From: a virus
Taxonomy: Duplodnaviria; Caudoviricetes
IMG/VR virus record: IMGVR_UViG_3300032219_001391
Span: 13,220 to 77,219 of that record
Strand: one strand, 5' to 3'
Length of the DNA: 64,000 bases
Positions 17,071-26,640 of this stretch are shown in pieces; positions within the stretch are counted from its first letter, which is position 1; each line of letters begins with the position of its first letter. A program made the translations under genes and the position numbers. Under the pieces are notes generated by a model, which was not told the origin of the DNA, did not search any database, and saw only the letters and a list, made by a program, of their open reading frames with translations.

Positions 17071-18332
17071 AAATTACCTGTTAATCTTTCACACCAACCC
17101 TTAGATGTACTATATGGCCAAACAACCCAATATTTAGGTTTGATAGTTGTTTGGAATTCTCTCCATACCTTACAATATCCATCAGGATCGTTGAAGTATC
17201 CGTTTATTTCGTTTATATCAGAATCTTTTCTAAATATTGTATTGTCGTCCTCGTCATGGAACGCGACAACCCAAAACTCATAGTCTTTTTCAGGTACTTG
17301 TGAATATCCAACATCAATACAATGTTTGAATATACTTGAGAAACTATCTTTCCACTCTTCTTCTGTTTGATAGTTGTACGTATTTGGTGGATATTTTTTA
17401 TCAATCGTTTCTTGTTGGATCGCTCTACGTTCAAACAATAACCCTGAGAATTTTTCGTATTCTCTCAGTGTTCTAACTGACCCAAAACCATATTTTCCAA
17501 AATCTATAACGTCTGTCTCACCATCCATACCAAACAATACTCTGTTTCGTTTGTGTGCTACGTTGTTCTTATCACCCCATTGTTTATCATCATCCCATTG
17601 TTTGGTTCTTCCTTTTCTTGTGTATTCATGCCAAATAATTGGTTTGTGTGGGTGAAATAAGTCGTAACCATGTGTGTAAGCTCTCGCGGCAATTGATATC
17701 TCTTCCCCGTGAAAATAAAATAATGGATCGTGTTGTACTTCCTCAGAAAACTCACCAAGGGTAAAACAAAAATGTGCCGAATAAAATCTTGATGTTACCG
17801 GTCTGTTTAATGATTGCCAATTTGGAATTGTCTCAGGTAAAAAGAAAACCGCACCTTCTGGAATAAAACGATCAAACACCATTCTCCAAGGTTCCTGTAC
17901 TCTTGCGCCAGGATCATTATCAGGATCAAAAGATGGAATATAACCTGTTAAAAGTGGTTTTGGATAACCATCATTTTGTAGATCTTTAACCATCTTAATG
18001 AGTTCTGTATCCCAATGAGGTGTAAATCTATGGTGTGAATCCAATTGTAGTGTGTAACCCTCACCATCATATTGTTGTTGTAATAAATTTCTTGCCCAAC
18101 AAGCACCTTTGGATTCTGTGTAGATTACATCAATAATCTTAAATCTTTTATCCTTACGATATTCATCCAATGTATCAAAACCATCTTCATGGTTATATTG
18201 ACGACAAATTGATAAAACTAAATTTTCGGGTTTGTCAGCATTTTCCAACATTGATTTAATTGTTGGTTCAAGTTGTGGGTCTCTGTATGATGCAATCTGA
18301 ACAAAGATCTTACTATTACGTCTTTTAGCCAT
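17067..18332 (-). CDS. GT60-like polypeptide alpha-GlcNAc transferase (Skp1 Gnt1/OGNT family)
   Basis: IFVQIASYRDPQL, GACWAR, LQLDSHHRF..WD, FHGEEISIAARAYTHGYDLFHP. Confidence 0.85.
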   Translation of the reverse strand: MAKRRNSKIFVQIASYRDPQLEPTIKSMLENADKPENLVLSICRQYNHEDGFDTLDEYRKDKRFKIIDVIYTESKGACWARNLLQQQYDGEGYTLQLDSHHRFTPHWDTELIKMVKDLQNDGYPKPLLTGYIPSFDPDNDPGARVQEPWRMVFDRFIPEGAVFFLPETIPNWQSLNRPVTSRFYSAHFCFTLGEFSEEVQHDPLFYFHGEEISIAARAYTHGYDLFHPHKPIIWHEYTRKGRTKQWDDDKQWGDKNNVAHKRNRVLFGMDGETDVIDFGKYGFGSVRTLREYEKFSGLLFERRAIQQETIDKKYPPNTYNYQTEEEWKDSFSSIFKHCIDVGYSQVPEKDYEFWVVAFHDEDDNTIFRKDSDINEINGYFNDPDGYCKVWREFQTTIKPKYWVVWPYSTSKGWCERLTGNL

Positions 18333-18381
18333 TTAACTTATGTTTGTAATAAACATAAATTATAAAAAATAAAAGTATAGG

Positions 18382-19443
18382 TTACCAACCCAATAAAGAG
18401 GATCTTTTCCATTGGTTAGTTCCCACACAAATATAAATAAAATCAGAATCCCAAGTTATGGTTCCTGTTGTTCCAGTATCTCCACTATTTGTTGGGGGAG
18501 TAGATGGTTGAGGTAATAAAAAAGATCCATTTATTGTGGTTGTGGTGTTTATAGTCGTTGCCGTACTTTTAAATACCGCAGAATTACTAAGAGAACCATC
18601 AGCACCATTACCAATGATAAATAAGGTATTAGAATCGGTTATTGGTGAGTTGTATCTACCAACAACAAATTGATTATCACCATCAGAAGTTGTGTGATCA
18701 CCTGACGTAAATGAATTCGTATTATTTGATGTTGTATAATTACCAAGAGCGGTTGAGTTTTGACCGATAGATCTTGCGTAAGTACCTTGAGATAATGAGT
18801 TTGGACCTGTTGATTGTGAGAATGTTCCTAATGCAATGGAAAATCCTCCTGTAGCATATGTTCCAAACCCTAAACTTAAATCCGAAGATCCTACCGAAGT
18901 TGCTGAGTTATTCCTAACCCCATTACTAAAAGTTGTTATACCGGTAACATTTAATGTATTCAAAATTGTATTATTAAATACTGTTACAGCACTTAAGAAT
19001 GATGAAACACCTGTAACTGTTAAAAGATTGATTGTTATACCACTATTAATAAATAAATTATTATAAAAGTTTGTTAAACCATAAAAACTACTATTACCGG
19101 AAATTGTTAAATTATTATAAATTAAGGTATTACCACTAAATTCTGTTTGACCGGTAACCAATAAATTATTTATTGTTGCAGTACTATTTAAGAAATTTGC
19201 AGCATTATCTAGTCTAGTATTACCAGTTACATATAAATTACTATTAATATTAACAGTATTACCGGTTGAATAAATATTAGCAGTATATACATTCCATCCG
19301 GTTGAAACAACTGATTGAGCCATTCCGGATAATGTTATTTTTTTAGTAGTTGGTGTATTTCTAATATCTACTATTGGAAATAGGTCCCCACCACCGGGTT
19401 GATCACCTAATAAAGGTAATTCAGTTATTTTAACATTTGCCAT
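18382..19443 (-). CDS. tail fibre/adhesin-like protein with YadA-head-like repeats
   Basis: N-terminal KITELP; N/T/G-rich beta repeats; A.G..S.A.G repeats; C-terminal GTITWDSDFIYICVGTNQWKR. Confidence 0.7.
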   Translation of the reverse strand: MANVKITELPLLGDQPGGGDLFPIVDIRNTPTTKKITLSGMAQSVVSTGWNVYTANIYSTGNTVNINSNLYVTGNTRLDNAANFLNSTATINNLLVTGQTEFSGNTLIYNNLTISGNSSFYGLTNFYNNLFINSGITINLLTVTGVSSFLSAVTVFNNTILNTLNVTGITTFSNGVRNNSATSVGSSDLSLGFGTYATGGFSIALGTFSQSTGPNSLSQGTYARSIGQNSTALGNYTTSNNTNSFTSGDHTTSDGDNQFVVGRYNSPITDSNTLFIIGNGADGSLSNSAVFKSTATTINTTTTINGSFLLPQPSTPPTNSGDTGTTGTITWDSDFIYICVGTNQWKRSSLLGW

Positions 19444-19444
19444 A

Positions 19445-21427
19445 TCAAATTATTTTTGTATAAATTTCATCACCATTTTCGGTGGTTAATATATCATCAT
19501 CTTCTGTTGATAAATACAGAGTTGTTGGAGTGTAATCACAATTAACACAGAAAAGGTCTAACAACCCAAAATTATTTTTTAATATTCTAAAATTATGTTG
19601 AACTTCAGGAACACTTAATGGTTTTGAATACATTCTAAATTGTGAGATTGCCCCATCAAAACTTCCTGCAAATGATTGTTCAATTAAAATATTTGTGTTT
19701 AACCCACTTAAACTTGTTTGTTGTAAAATGTAATCGGGGAATAATTGTGGATCTTGTTGGTATGTAAAAGTATTTCCTGTTGTCAAAGCACTTAAAACCA
19801 AATTTTCATGTAATCCTTGTGTACCCCCACCCCAAGATATGTTGAATGGGACACCAACCTGTCTTTCTTTTCTTTCATTTAATGGTCTTGGTATTACTTC
19901 TTCAAAGTTATCTATAACAAAAAATTTCTTACCATTAACATAAATTGTTAATTTACCTAATCTATAATATAAATCATCAATCCATTCACGATCTAATGAA
20001 ACTATTTCAATCTGTTCTTCGGGTAAATCATCATGAGTTACTGGTGGTCTAACCAAACTAATTGAGTTACTTGCCATGGATGCGGTGTAAGCCGAGTGAG
20101 TTAGATTACCAATTCCTCCTCGCCAGTATAAATCACAATCATCTAAATACATATTTCTCTCAAATGAGATATCAACTTGAACCCAATGAGGATATTCAAC
20201 CCAAGTTGTTCCGGTACAACTATCATAAATTCTACTAGTAGAACAATATGTCTCAATTGTATATCCACTTGTATAAGTTTGACCCGTATTAAAACAAGAA
20301 CCTGATGTCGTACAATCACCTGTTATTTTCAATACTCTAGCACAAATATTTGGGTTAAGTGGATTACCACTAAACATAACTGCGAGAGCGTTCGACATTG
20401 AATCATCTAAAGGATTATGAATTGGGTCTAAAACAGTTTCACAAGATACTTTCGGTTGTTCAAAATAATTTATTTTATGTATGTTAGTCGTCCCTTGTTT
20501 AGGATAAACTGTAATACAATCTGAATTGGTTATTGCCGTATTTGAACAAGCACAAGTTACTAACTCTTTTGAGGTTTGTGTAACCGGTGTATAACCACTT
20601 GAAGTACCTGTTAGTATGTAATCGGCCGGATGATAGAATTTATCCTCGGCACGAGTACCCATATAAAAGAATATGTTCTTATTGTTTGGGTAATATTCAT
20701 TTAATGTTGTTTCACCAACTGTTGGTAAATAATCATTACTAACTCTGGGTCTTAACAACATTTCTACCGACCATCCTTTATGAAATCTTGTCGGTAATAC
20801 TTCGTAATCATATCCAAATAACTTATAAAAACCTTGGTAAAAAGAACCATATAATTCGTGATACCTTCCGTAAGGGTATTCGTCAAATGAAACCACACCA
20901 TAATCAGTCGCTGCGGTTATACCTGAAAAATACGAACCCAACTCTCTGACATTAGATTTTACTTGGAACATCTTAAATCTTCTATCGTATGAGTATCTAT
21001 CAAACATAGAATTACCGGTTAGTAATCCCATAGTATAACTAATAGAGTTACCTGTCATTCCTGACATCAATCCGTTATCAATACCTGTTAGTCCAATATC
21101 ACAAATAGTTTCACTTAAAAAACACCCACTTTCTAAAAATGAACGAGAATAATTTTCAAGGTTATAGTAATTCTTAGAAATTAAAATGTTATTGTAGGGA
21201 TAAGGTCCGTAATAGGTAATATCTAAAGGTTGTGCCGAACCTGAAAAATCCAAGTTAATGTTAATAGGTAAAACGTTACCGTCATTTGCACCGATAACGT
21301 CAGTAGAAAACACAACTTCTTCATTAAAATCTTTTTCATCAGATGTTAATGAAATGTCTGATATTTCTATAGCAGGTTTAAGATAAACCTTACTAAATAC
21401 ATATTGATTTATATTTTGATATGCCAT
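19445..21427 (-). CDS. large virion structural protein with LamG-like C-terminal region
   Basis: 660 aa; LTIYVNG...FDGAISQFRMYSKPLS..EV..N (LamG-like); late motif upstream. Confidence 0.6.
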   Translation of the reverse strand: MAYQNINQYVFSKVYLKPAIEISDISLTSDEKDFNEEVVFSTDVIGANDGNVLPININLDFSGSAQPLDITYYGPYPYNNILISKNYYNLENYSRSFLESGCFLSETICDIGLTGIDNGLMSGMTGNSISYTMGLLTGNSMFDRYSYDRRFKMFQVKSNVRELGSYFSGITAATDYGVVSFDEYPYGRYHELYGSFYQGFYKLFGYDYEVLPTRFHKGWSVEMLLRPRVSNDYLPTVGETTLNEYYPNNKNIFFYMGTRAEDKFYHPADYILTGTSSGYTPVTQTSKELVTCACSNTAITNSDCITVYPKQGTTNIHKINYFEQPKVSCETVLDPIHNPLDDSMSNALAVMFSGNPLNPNICARVLKITGDCTTSGSCFNTGQTYTSGYTIETYCSTSRIYDSCTGTTWVEYPHWVQVDISFERNMYLDDCDLYWRGGIGNLTHSAYTASMASNSISLVRPPVTHDDLPEEQIEIVSLDREWIDDLYYRLGKLTIYVNGKKFFVIDNFEEVIPRPLNERKERQVGVPFNISWGGGTQGLHENLVLSALTTGNTFTYQQDPQLFPDYILQQTSLSGLNTNILIEQSFAGSFDGAISQFRMYSKPLSVPEVQHNFRILKNNFGLLDLFCVNCDYTPTTLYLSTEDDDILTTENGDEIYTKII

Positions 21428-21432
21428 TACAG

Positions 21433-21459
21433 ATAAATACGCAACTAATAGATATTTAT
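21433..21459. promoter_or_regulatory. back-to-back divergent TATTTAT motifs
   Basis: ATAAATA at 21433-21439 (for the gene starting 21427, -) and TATTTAT at 21453-21459 (for 21473, +). Confidence 0.65.
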
Positions 21460-21472
21460 TGATAAAAAGTTT

Positions 21473-22294
21473 ATGAGTTTCATAGGTAAAGATCTTTTTT
21501 ATCCACCTTACTACTTTTTCTTGAAAGAGAATAAAGATGGATATACTTTATATTATAGTGTTGAAAACACATTGTCCGAAGCAACAAAAAAGGACAAGTC
21601 AGTTAAGTTCAAAAAATCATCAAAAAATGATATAAAAAACTTGATGTCAAAAGCCGTTGGAAGTAGGGGGAAATTCAAAATTGATGATATTGAGAATGAG
21701 ATTAAGAAAATTAAAAAAACTGAGGTTGATGAGTTTGTAGATGATGATTTGTCAATATCTAGTTCTAACGTCCCCATTCTTAATTCAAGACTACATCCAA
21801 AGAAAACTCAAGACCAAACAGTTGCGGCTACAAGACAAACTATGAATCCAATCTTACGAGGTTATCGTGTGTATTATGGTGAATCGGTTGTTAGAGAAAC
21901 AGATATGTCTGATGCGTTTGGTTATGAGGAAACAAAAGATTTAGATGGTAAAAAAACTTATAAATATTTTAAGGATAATTTAGACTTATCACCTGAAGAA
22001 GCAAAAGATAGAACAGAACAACAAGGTAAAGATCCTTCAGGTAAAAGAACAAAAAAGGCACCAAAATCAATTAGAAGAAAAAAAGGATTTATAGATAGAT
22101 TGACATTATCTGAAAAGGAAGAAAAAATGTTAGAAGATATAATATCCAAAAAATTAAGAGATACTGATATTTTATTTAAAGATCTTGATTATTCAAAGTT
22201 CTTTTTAAGACAATTAAAAACCCTTAAAAGAATGGCTGATAAAGAAGGAATCTCAAATAAAGAAATTTTGAAATTACTAAATAGAGATGAATAA
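21473..22294 (+). CDS. hypothetical protein
   Basis: 273 aa charged ORF, first of a coupled operon. Confidence 0.7.
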   Translation: MSFIGKDLFYPPYYFFLKENKDGYTLYYSVENTLSEATKKDKSVKFKKSSKNDIKNLMSKAVGSRGKFKIDDIENEIKKIKKTEVDEFVDDDLSISSSNVPILNSRLHPKKTQDQTVAATRQTMNPILRGYRVYYGESVVRETDMSDAFGYEETKDLDGKKTYKYFKDNLDLSPEEAKDRTEQQGKDPSGKRTKKAPKSIRRKKGFIDRLTLSEKEEKMLEDIISKKLRDTDILFKDLDYSKFFLRQLKTLKRMADKEGISNKEILKLLNRDE

Positions 22295-22745
22295 ACAACT
22301 ATACGGAAAAAATTATCCATTACCTAACAAACTAGTGAAGTATTTAGATCAATGTTTTAATCACGTTAAAAACAAAGATGAAAATACTGAAGGGTTTAGA
22401 AGAAATAGAGATCTTGTCTCAAAAAAACAAGTAAGTTATTCTGTATTGAAAAGAATAAAAAACTGGTTTGACAACTTCAAAGGTAAAAAAAATGACGCAC
22501 CATATATCTTAAATGGTGGTGATTATATGAGAAATTGGGTAAATAGTAGTTTGGAAATGGATAGAAAAGGTATTGAAAGAAGTAGTGATAATAGAGAAAA
22601 CACCGGCATGGACAACAATAGTAATCCTTCATCAAGTGATGCTAAAGTAGGTAAAGACAATATAAATATGAAGGTTGAAAAATTGGACATGGCTGTTACA
22701 GAAAGTCTTAAAAGAATAAACGAAATAATGAGTAAACTATTATAA
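22287..22745 (+). CDS. hypothetical protein
   Basis: 152 aa ORF overlapping the upstream stop. Confidence 0.7.
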   Translation: MNKQLYGKNYPLPNKLVKYLDQCFNHVKNKDENTEGFRRNRDLVSKKQVSYSVLKRIKNWFDNFKGKKNDAPYILNGGDYMRNWVNSSLEMDRKGIERSSDNRENTGMDNNSNPSSSDAKVGKDNINMKVEKLDMAVTESLKRINEIMSKLL

Positions 22746-22746
22746 T

Positions 22747-23037
22747 ATGGCACTAGAACCATTAGATTTTTCACAACCAGCAAATAGGTTATCAAAAATC
22801 GCAGAACAACAAAGAGCAATATTATTTCCAAGAAATGATTTTGTTCAATTTAAAAACGAATATAATGCAACTAACCCTGATGCGCTTGCCGATGGTGATG
22901 AAATGGGTAGAGGTACTGGTGTGTTTTTAGATGTATATAATGAAAATGCGGGTACGTCTATTGACGTAACCGAGAGAAAACTTGAAGTTAAGATAAATAA
23001 GTTTTCACCATCAAACCCATATAAAGTAGTTGATTGA
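22747..23037 (+). CDS. hypothetical protein
   Basis: 96 aa ORF. Confidence 0.65.
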   Translation: MALEPLDFSQPANRLSKIAEQQRAILFPRNDFVQFKNEYNATNPDALADGDEMGRGTGVFLDVYNENAGTSIDVTERKLEVKINKFSPSNPYKVVD

Positions 23038-23444
23038 TGAAATTACTTAATACCGTTAAACAACTTGTTTTAGAAGGGGTATCCGTTCAAACAATAACCG
23101 ATGCTATTAAGAAAAAACAAGTTGTGGTTATATACTACGATGGTGATGAACCCGGAGGTCGTGGTCTTAGAGAAGTGTGGCCAGTATGTTTGGGTTATTC
23201 AAAAGCGAATAACCAAGTGTTACGTGCTTGGGATCTTGAAGGTGCTTCACACAAAGCGTATTTAGGTAAAAGACCATTACCTAGTTGGAGATTATTTCGT
23301 GTTGATAAAATACAATCATTTAAACCTACAGGTGAAAACTTTACAACTTTACCATCTGATTATAACATTAACGGAGATAAGTCTATGACAAGAGTTATCA
23401 TAAACGCAAGACAAGAAAATGAACCAGGAGTAACTGAAGCATGA
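23034..23444 (+). CDS. stand-alone WYL-domain protein
   Basis: IYYDG...REVWP..LG......LRAWD.......WRLFRVDKI is a WYL pattern. Confidence 0.75.
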   Translation: MMKLLNTVKQLVLEGVSVQTITDAIKKKQVVVIYYDGDEPGGRGLREVWPVCLGYSKANNQVLRAWDLEGASHKAYLGKRPLPSWRLFRVDKIQSFKPTGENFTTLPSDYNINGDKSMTRVIINARQENEPGVTEA

Positions 23445-24007
23445 AAAATGAAAATGATTTAATATCAAAACTTATGGTATCCAAAGCCATAATGGATAAA
23501 CATAGTGGAATAAAAAGAGGTAATATGGACGCAATGGCATTATCCAACCCAATGGTTGAGGGATATGAACCGGTATCGGCAAATTACAATATTCCTCAAG
23601 AATTGTTATCTGAAGTCCAAACACCAACACCTAAAACACAGGGACCACCAACAAAAGATAGAATTTTAAGTTCTAAACTTCCTGATGAAATCAAGAGACT
23701 AATGATGGAAAACCCAATAGTACAACCTGCAGGTCCTGCGGTTGGTATTAGTAATGAATTGGCTGAAAAGGCGAGTAAGTTGATGGGACTACAAAAAAAT
23801 AACACGGTAACCCCAATACAGAAGAACTCATCACCATCAATAGATCCTACAGAACTTAAAGATATGATTCGTGAAGCACTATCTGAAGTGTTGGAAGAAA
23901 GTGGATTGTTGATTGAATCAACAACAAATTCAAAAGAGATGATCCAAATCAAAATAGGAAAACATATTTTTGAAGGTACGATCAAAAAGGTTAAAAAAAC
24001 AATTTAA
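23441..24007 (+). CDS. hypothetical protein
   Basis: 188 aa ORF, ATGA-coupled. Confidence 0.7.
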   Translation: MKNENDLISKLMVSKAIMDKHSGIKRGNMDAMALSNPMVEGYEPVSANYNIPQELLSEVQTPTPKTQGPPTKDRILSSKLPDEIKRLMMENPIVQPAGPAVGISNELAEKASKLMGLQKNNTVTPIQKNSSPSIDPTELKDMIREALSEVLEESGLLIESTTNSKEMIQIKIGKHIFEGTIKKVKKTI

Positions 24008-24010
24008 TGT

Positions 24011-24038
24011 AAACCCTCACAAAAAGTGAGGGTTTTTT
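24011..24038 (+). terminator. intrinsic terminator
   Basis: AAACCCTCAC-AAAAA-GTGAGGGTTT-TTT. Confidence 0.9.
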
Positions 24039-24099
24039 ATTTGACGTACTTTATGTTTCGTTCATTTTATATTACAATTAAATTAGAAAAAATATAATT

Positions 24100-25326
24100 A
24101 TGAGTGAAACAAAAAAAGAAAAAATTAGAGTACTAGTCGTACCATCTGACAGAACAGGTGTAGGTAAATTTAGATCAGTTGATCCACACATTTTTTTACA
24201 AAATCTGTATCCAGATGATTTCCATATTGATATTGAGTTTAATCCTGACTTAAACAACATAGGTCATTTGATGAGTTATCAAATCATTCACATGCACAGA
24301 AGTTTAGGACCTGATTTTGACAGATCAATACAAGCGATAAAAACATTAAATTCATTAGGTGTAATTACAATACTGGATATTGATGATTATTGGTTACCCG
24401 GTAAAGAACACCCTATCCACGATATTATCGTTGCAAATAAGATCAATGAAAAGATTATTGAGAATATTAAAGTAGCTAAGTATGTTACAACAACTACAAC
24501 AATCTTTGCGGATGAAATTAAAAAATACAATAAAAATGTTGTAATTTATCCAAACGCTATTGATCCAAACGAACCACAATTCAAAGAGAAAACACAACCA
24601 TCGGATAAACTACGTATTGGTTGGTTAGGGGGTTCATCTCACTTACACGATTTAATGTTCTTAAATGATTTATTTCCAAAAGTAAGTCCTATTAAAGATA
24701 AAATGCAAGTTTATTTATGTGGGTTTGACACTAGAGGAACTATGACTGAAATTAACCAACAAACAGGTGAACAGAAACAAAGACCTATTAAACCTGAAGA
24801 AACTGTTTGGTTTACCTATGAAAATATTTTCACAAATAACCATAGTCTTATCTCACCTGAATACTCAACCTTCTTAAAGAAATTTAAACAAGAAGATAGA
24901 CCTGAATATTCTGACGAGTTCTATCAAAGAGTTTGGACTAAACCTGTTACATCTTATGCTAAAAACTATTCAAAATTTGATGTATCATTAGCACCAATTA
25001 AAAATCACATCTTCAACAGAGTTAAATCACAACTTAAAGTAATTGAAGCAGGATTTTATAAGAAAGCGTTGATCGCATCAAATATCGGACCTTATACTAT
25101 TGACTTGAAACATTGCTTGGAAAATGGTAACTTTGTAGATGGAAACGCACTTTTGGTGGATGAACAAAGAAACCATAGTGATTGGTTCAAATACGTTAAA
25201 AAATTAGTTGATAATCCTAATATGGCTTTTGATATGGGACAAAGACTATATGAAACAGTAAAAGATACTTACGATTTGAATCAAGTTACCAAAACAAGGG
25301 CAGAATGGTATAAAACTTTAATATAA
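24100..25326 (+). CDS. GT-B (GT4-like) glycosyltransferase
   Basis: ILDIDD, IGWLGGSSH..DL, FDVSLAP...FNRVKSQLKVIEAG. Confidence 0.8.
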   Translation: MSETKKEKIRVLVVPSDRTGVGKFRSVDPHIFLQNLYPDDFHIDIEFNPDLNNIGHLMSYQIIHMHRSLGPDFDRSIQAIKTLNSLGVITILDIDDYWLPGKEHPIHDIIVANKINEKIIENIKVAKYVTTTTTIFADEIKKYNKNVVIYPNAIDPNEPQFKEKTQPSDKLRIGWLGGSSHLHDLMFLNDLFPKVSPIKDKMQVYLCGFDTRGTMTEINQQTGEQKQRPIKPEETVWFTYENIFTNNHSLISPEYSTFLKKFKQEDRPEYSDEFYQRVWTKPVTSYAKNYSKFDVSLAPIKNHIFNRVKSQLKVIEAGFYKKALIASNIGPYTIDLKHCLENGNFVDGNALLVDEQRNHSDWFKYVKKLVDNPNMAFDMGQRLYETVKDTYDLNQVTKTRAEWYKTLI

Positions 25327-26024
25327 TGATAAACACACCTCTAACAAAACTTTTGTTCTTAGACATTGAAACCGTCGGAACCGAAAAGGATTTTTTCCAT
25401 TTCACAAAAAATTACCCAAGAATATCTGAATTTTTTATTAAAAACAGATCTTGGTTAGATAAACGATATCCTGAACATCAGGAATCAACGATTGAAGAAT
25501 TATATCTTAGTGTTTCTGCACTAATCCCTGAATTTGGAAAAATCGTATGTGTTGCGGCAGGATTTGAAGATCCTAACGGGAACTTTGTTACAAAAATAAT
25601 TAGTGGTGAGGAAAAACATATCCTGAAAGAAACTCATTCCTTACTTAATAAAGTACAAGGAATGGGTTTTTGGATATGTGGACACAATGTTAAATCATTT
25701 GATATTCCATATATCATAAAAAGAAGTTTAATGAATGGTATTAAACCATCAACACTATTACCAACACCCGATACTAAACCTTGGGAAGTAAAAGCGGTGG
25801 ATACTAAAGAATTTTGGCAATTGGGTAATTATACCTCACTTTGTTCATTAGATCTAATGTGTGCGTCAATGGATGTTGAATCTTCCAAAGATGGTGAAGT
25901 AACAGGAAACAATTTACACTTTTCGTATTGGAATACTGATAGTCAAGAAAAAATAAACGAGTACTGCGAAAAAGACATCAAGGTACTATACCAAGTAGTA
26001 AAGAAATTTTATGAGCTTAAATAA
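25326..26024 (+). CDS. PolB-like 3'-5' exonuclease (DEDD, RNase H fold)
   Basis: LFLDIETV, GHNVKSFDIPY, EYCEKD. Confidence 0.85.
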   Translation: MINTPLTKLLFLDIETVGTEKDFFHFTKNYPRISEFFIKNRSWLDKRYPEHQESTIEELYLSVSALIPEFGKIVCVAAGFEDPNGNFVTKIISGEEKHILKETHSLLNKVQGMGFWICGHNVKSFDIPYIIKRSLMNGIKPSTLLPTPDTKPWEVKAVDTKEFWQLGNYTSLCSLDLMCASMDVESSKDGEVTGNNLHFSYWNTDSQEKINEYCEKDIKVLYQVVKKFYELK

Positions 26025-26640
26025 TTCTGAAATTTCCATTAAAGAATTGATGGAACTTAGACAACAATTAGAAGATCAATTTGATCTAATCCAAGAAACA
26101 GGAAATGAGGATATCTCAAATAAAATAAAAGAAATGTTTAATATTGATTTGAATGATCTTGATAATGAGATTGATGATTTATTACACAAAGTAAATCTTA
26201 AATTTGAGTTGTTGTGTGATGAAGAAACAAATGAAAAAATTACACCAACATATAACTACCCATCAGATTCGGGGTTTGATTTATATAACGTTGGTCCTCA
26301 TATCATATTACAACCGTTTAGTCGTACATTGATACCGACAGGAATTAAATTAGATATTCCAAAAGGTTTTGAAGTACAGGTAAGATCTAAAAGTGGTTTA
26401 GCTTTGAACCAAGGTTTATTTGTGTTAAATAGTCCTGGAACTGTTGATCAAGGATACACCGGTGAGATTAAAGTTATTTTATATAATTCTACCACAGAAC
26501 CAATTAACGTACCCAATATGATGAAGGTTGGACAAGCGGTTTTATGTCCTGTTGTTTCAGGATCAAAAGTAATGTTAGTTAACAAAAAAGTGGAAGATAA
26601 AGATAGATCAGATAAAGGTTTTGGAAGTACGGGAATATGA
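26011..26640 (+). CDS. dut: trimeric dUTPase with N-terminal helical extension
   Basis: DSGFDL, RSKSGLA, GTVDQGYTGE, GQAV, GFGSTG. Confidence 0.92.
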   Translation: MSLNNSEISIKELMELRQQLEDQFDLIQETGNEDISNKIKEMFNIDLNDLDNEIDDLLHKVNLKFELLCDEETNEKITPTYNYPSDSGFDLYNVGPHIILQPFSRTLIPTGIKLDIPKGFEVQVRSKSGLALNQGLFVLNSPGTVDQGYTGEIKVILYNSTTEPINVPNMMKVGQAVLCPVVSGSKVMLVNKKVEDKDRSDKGFGSTGI

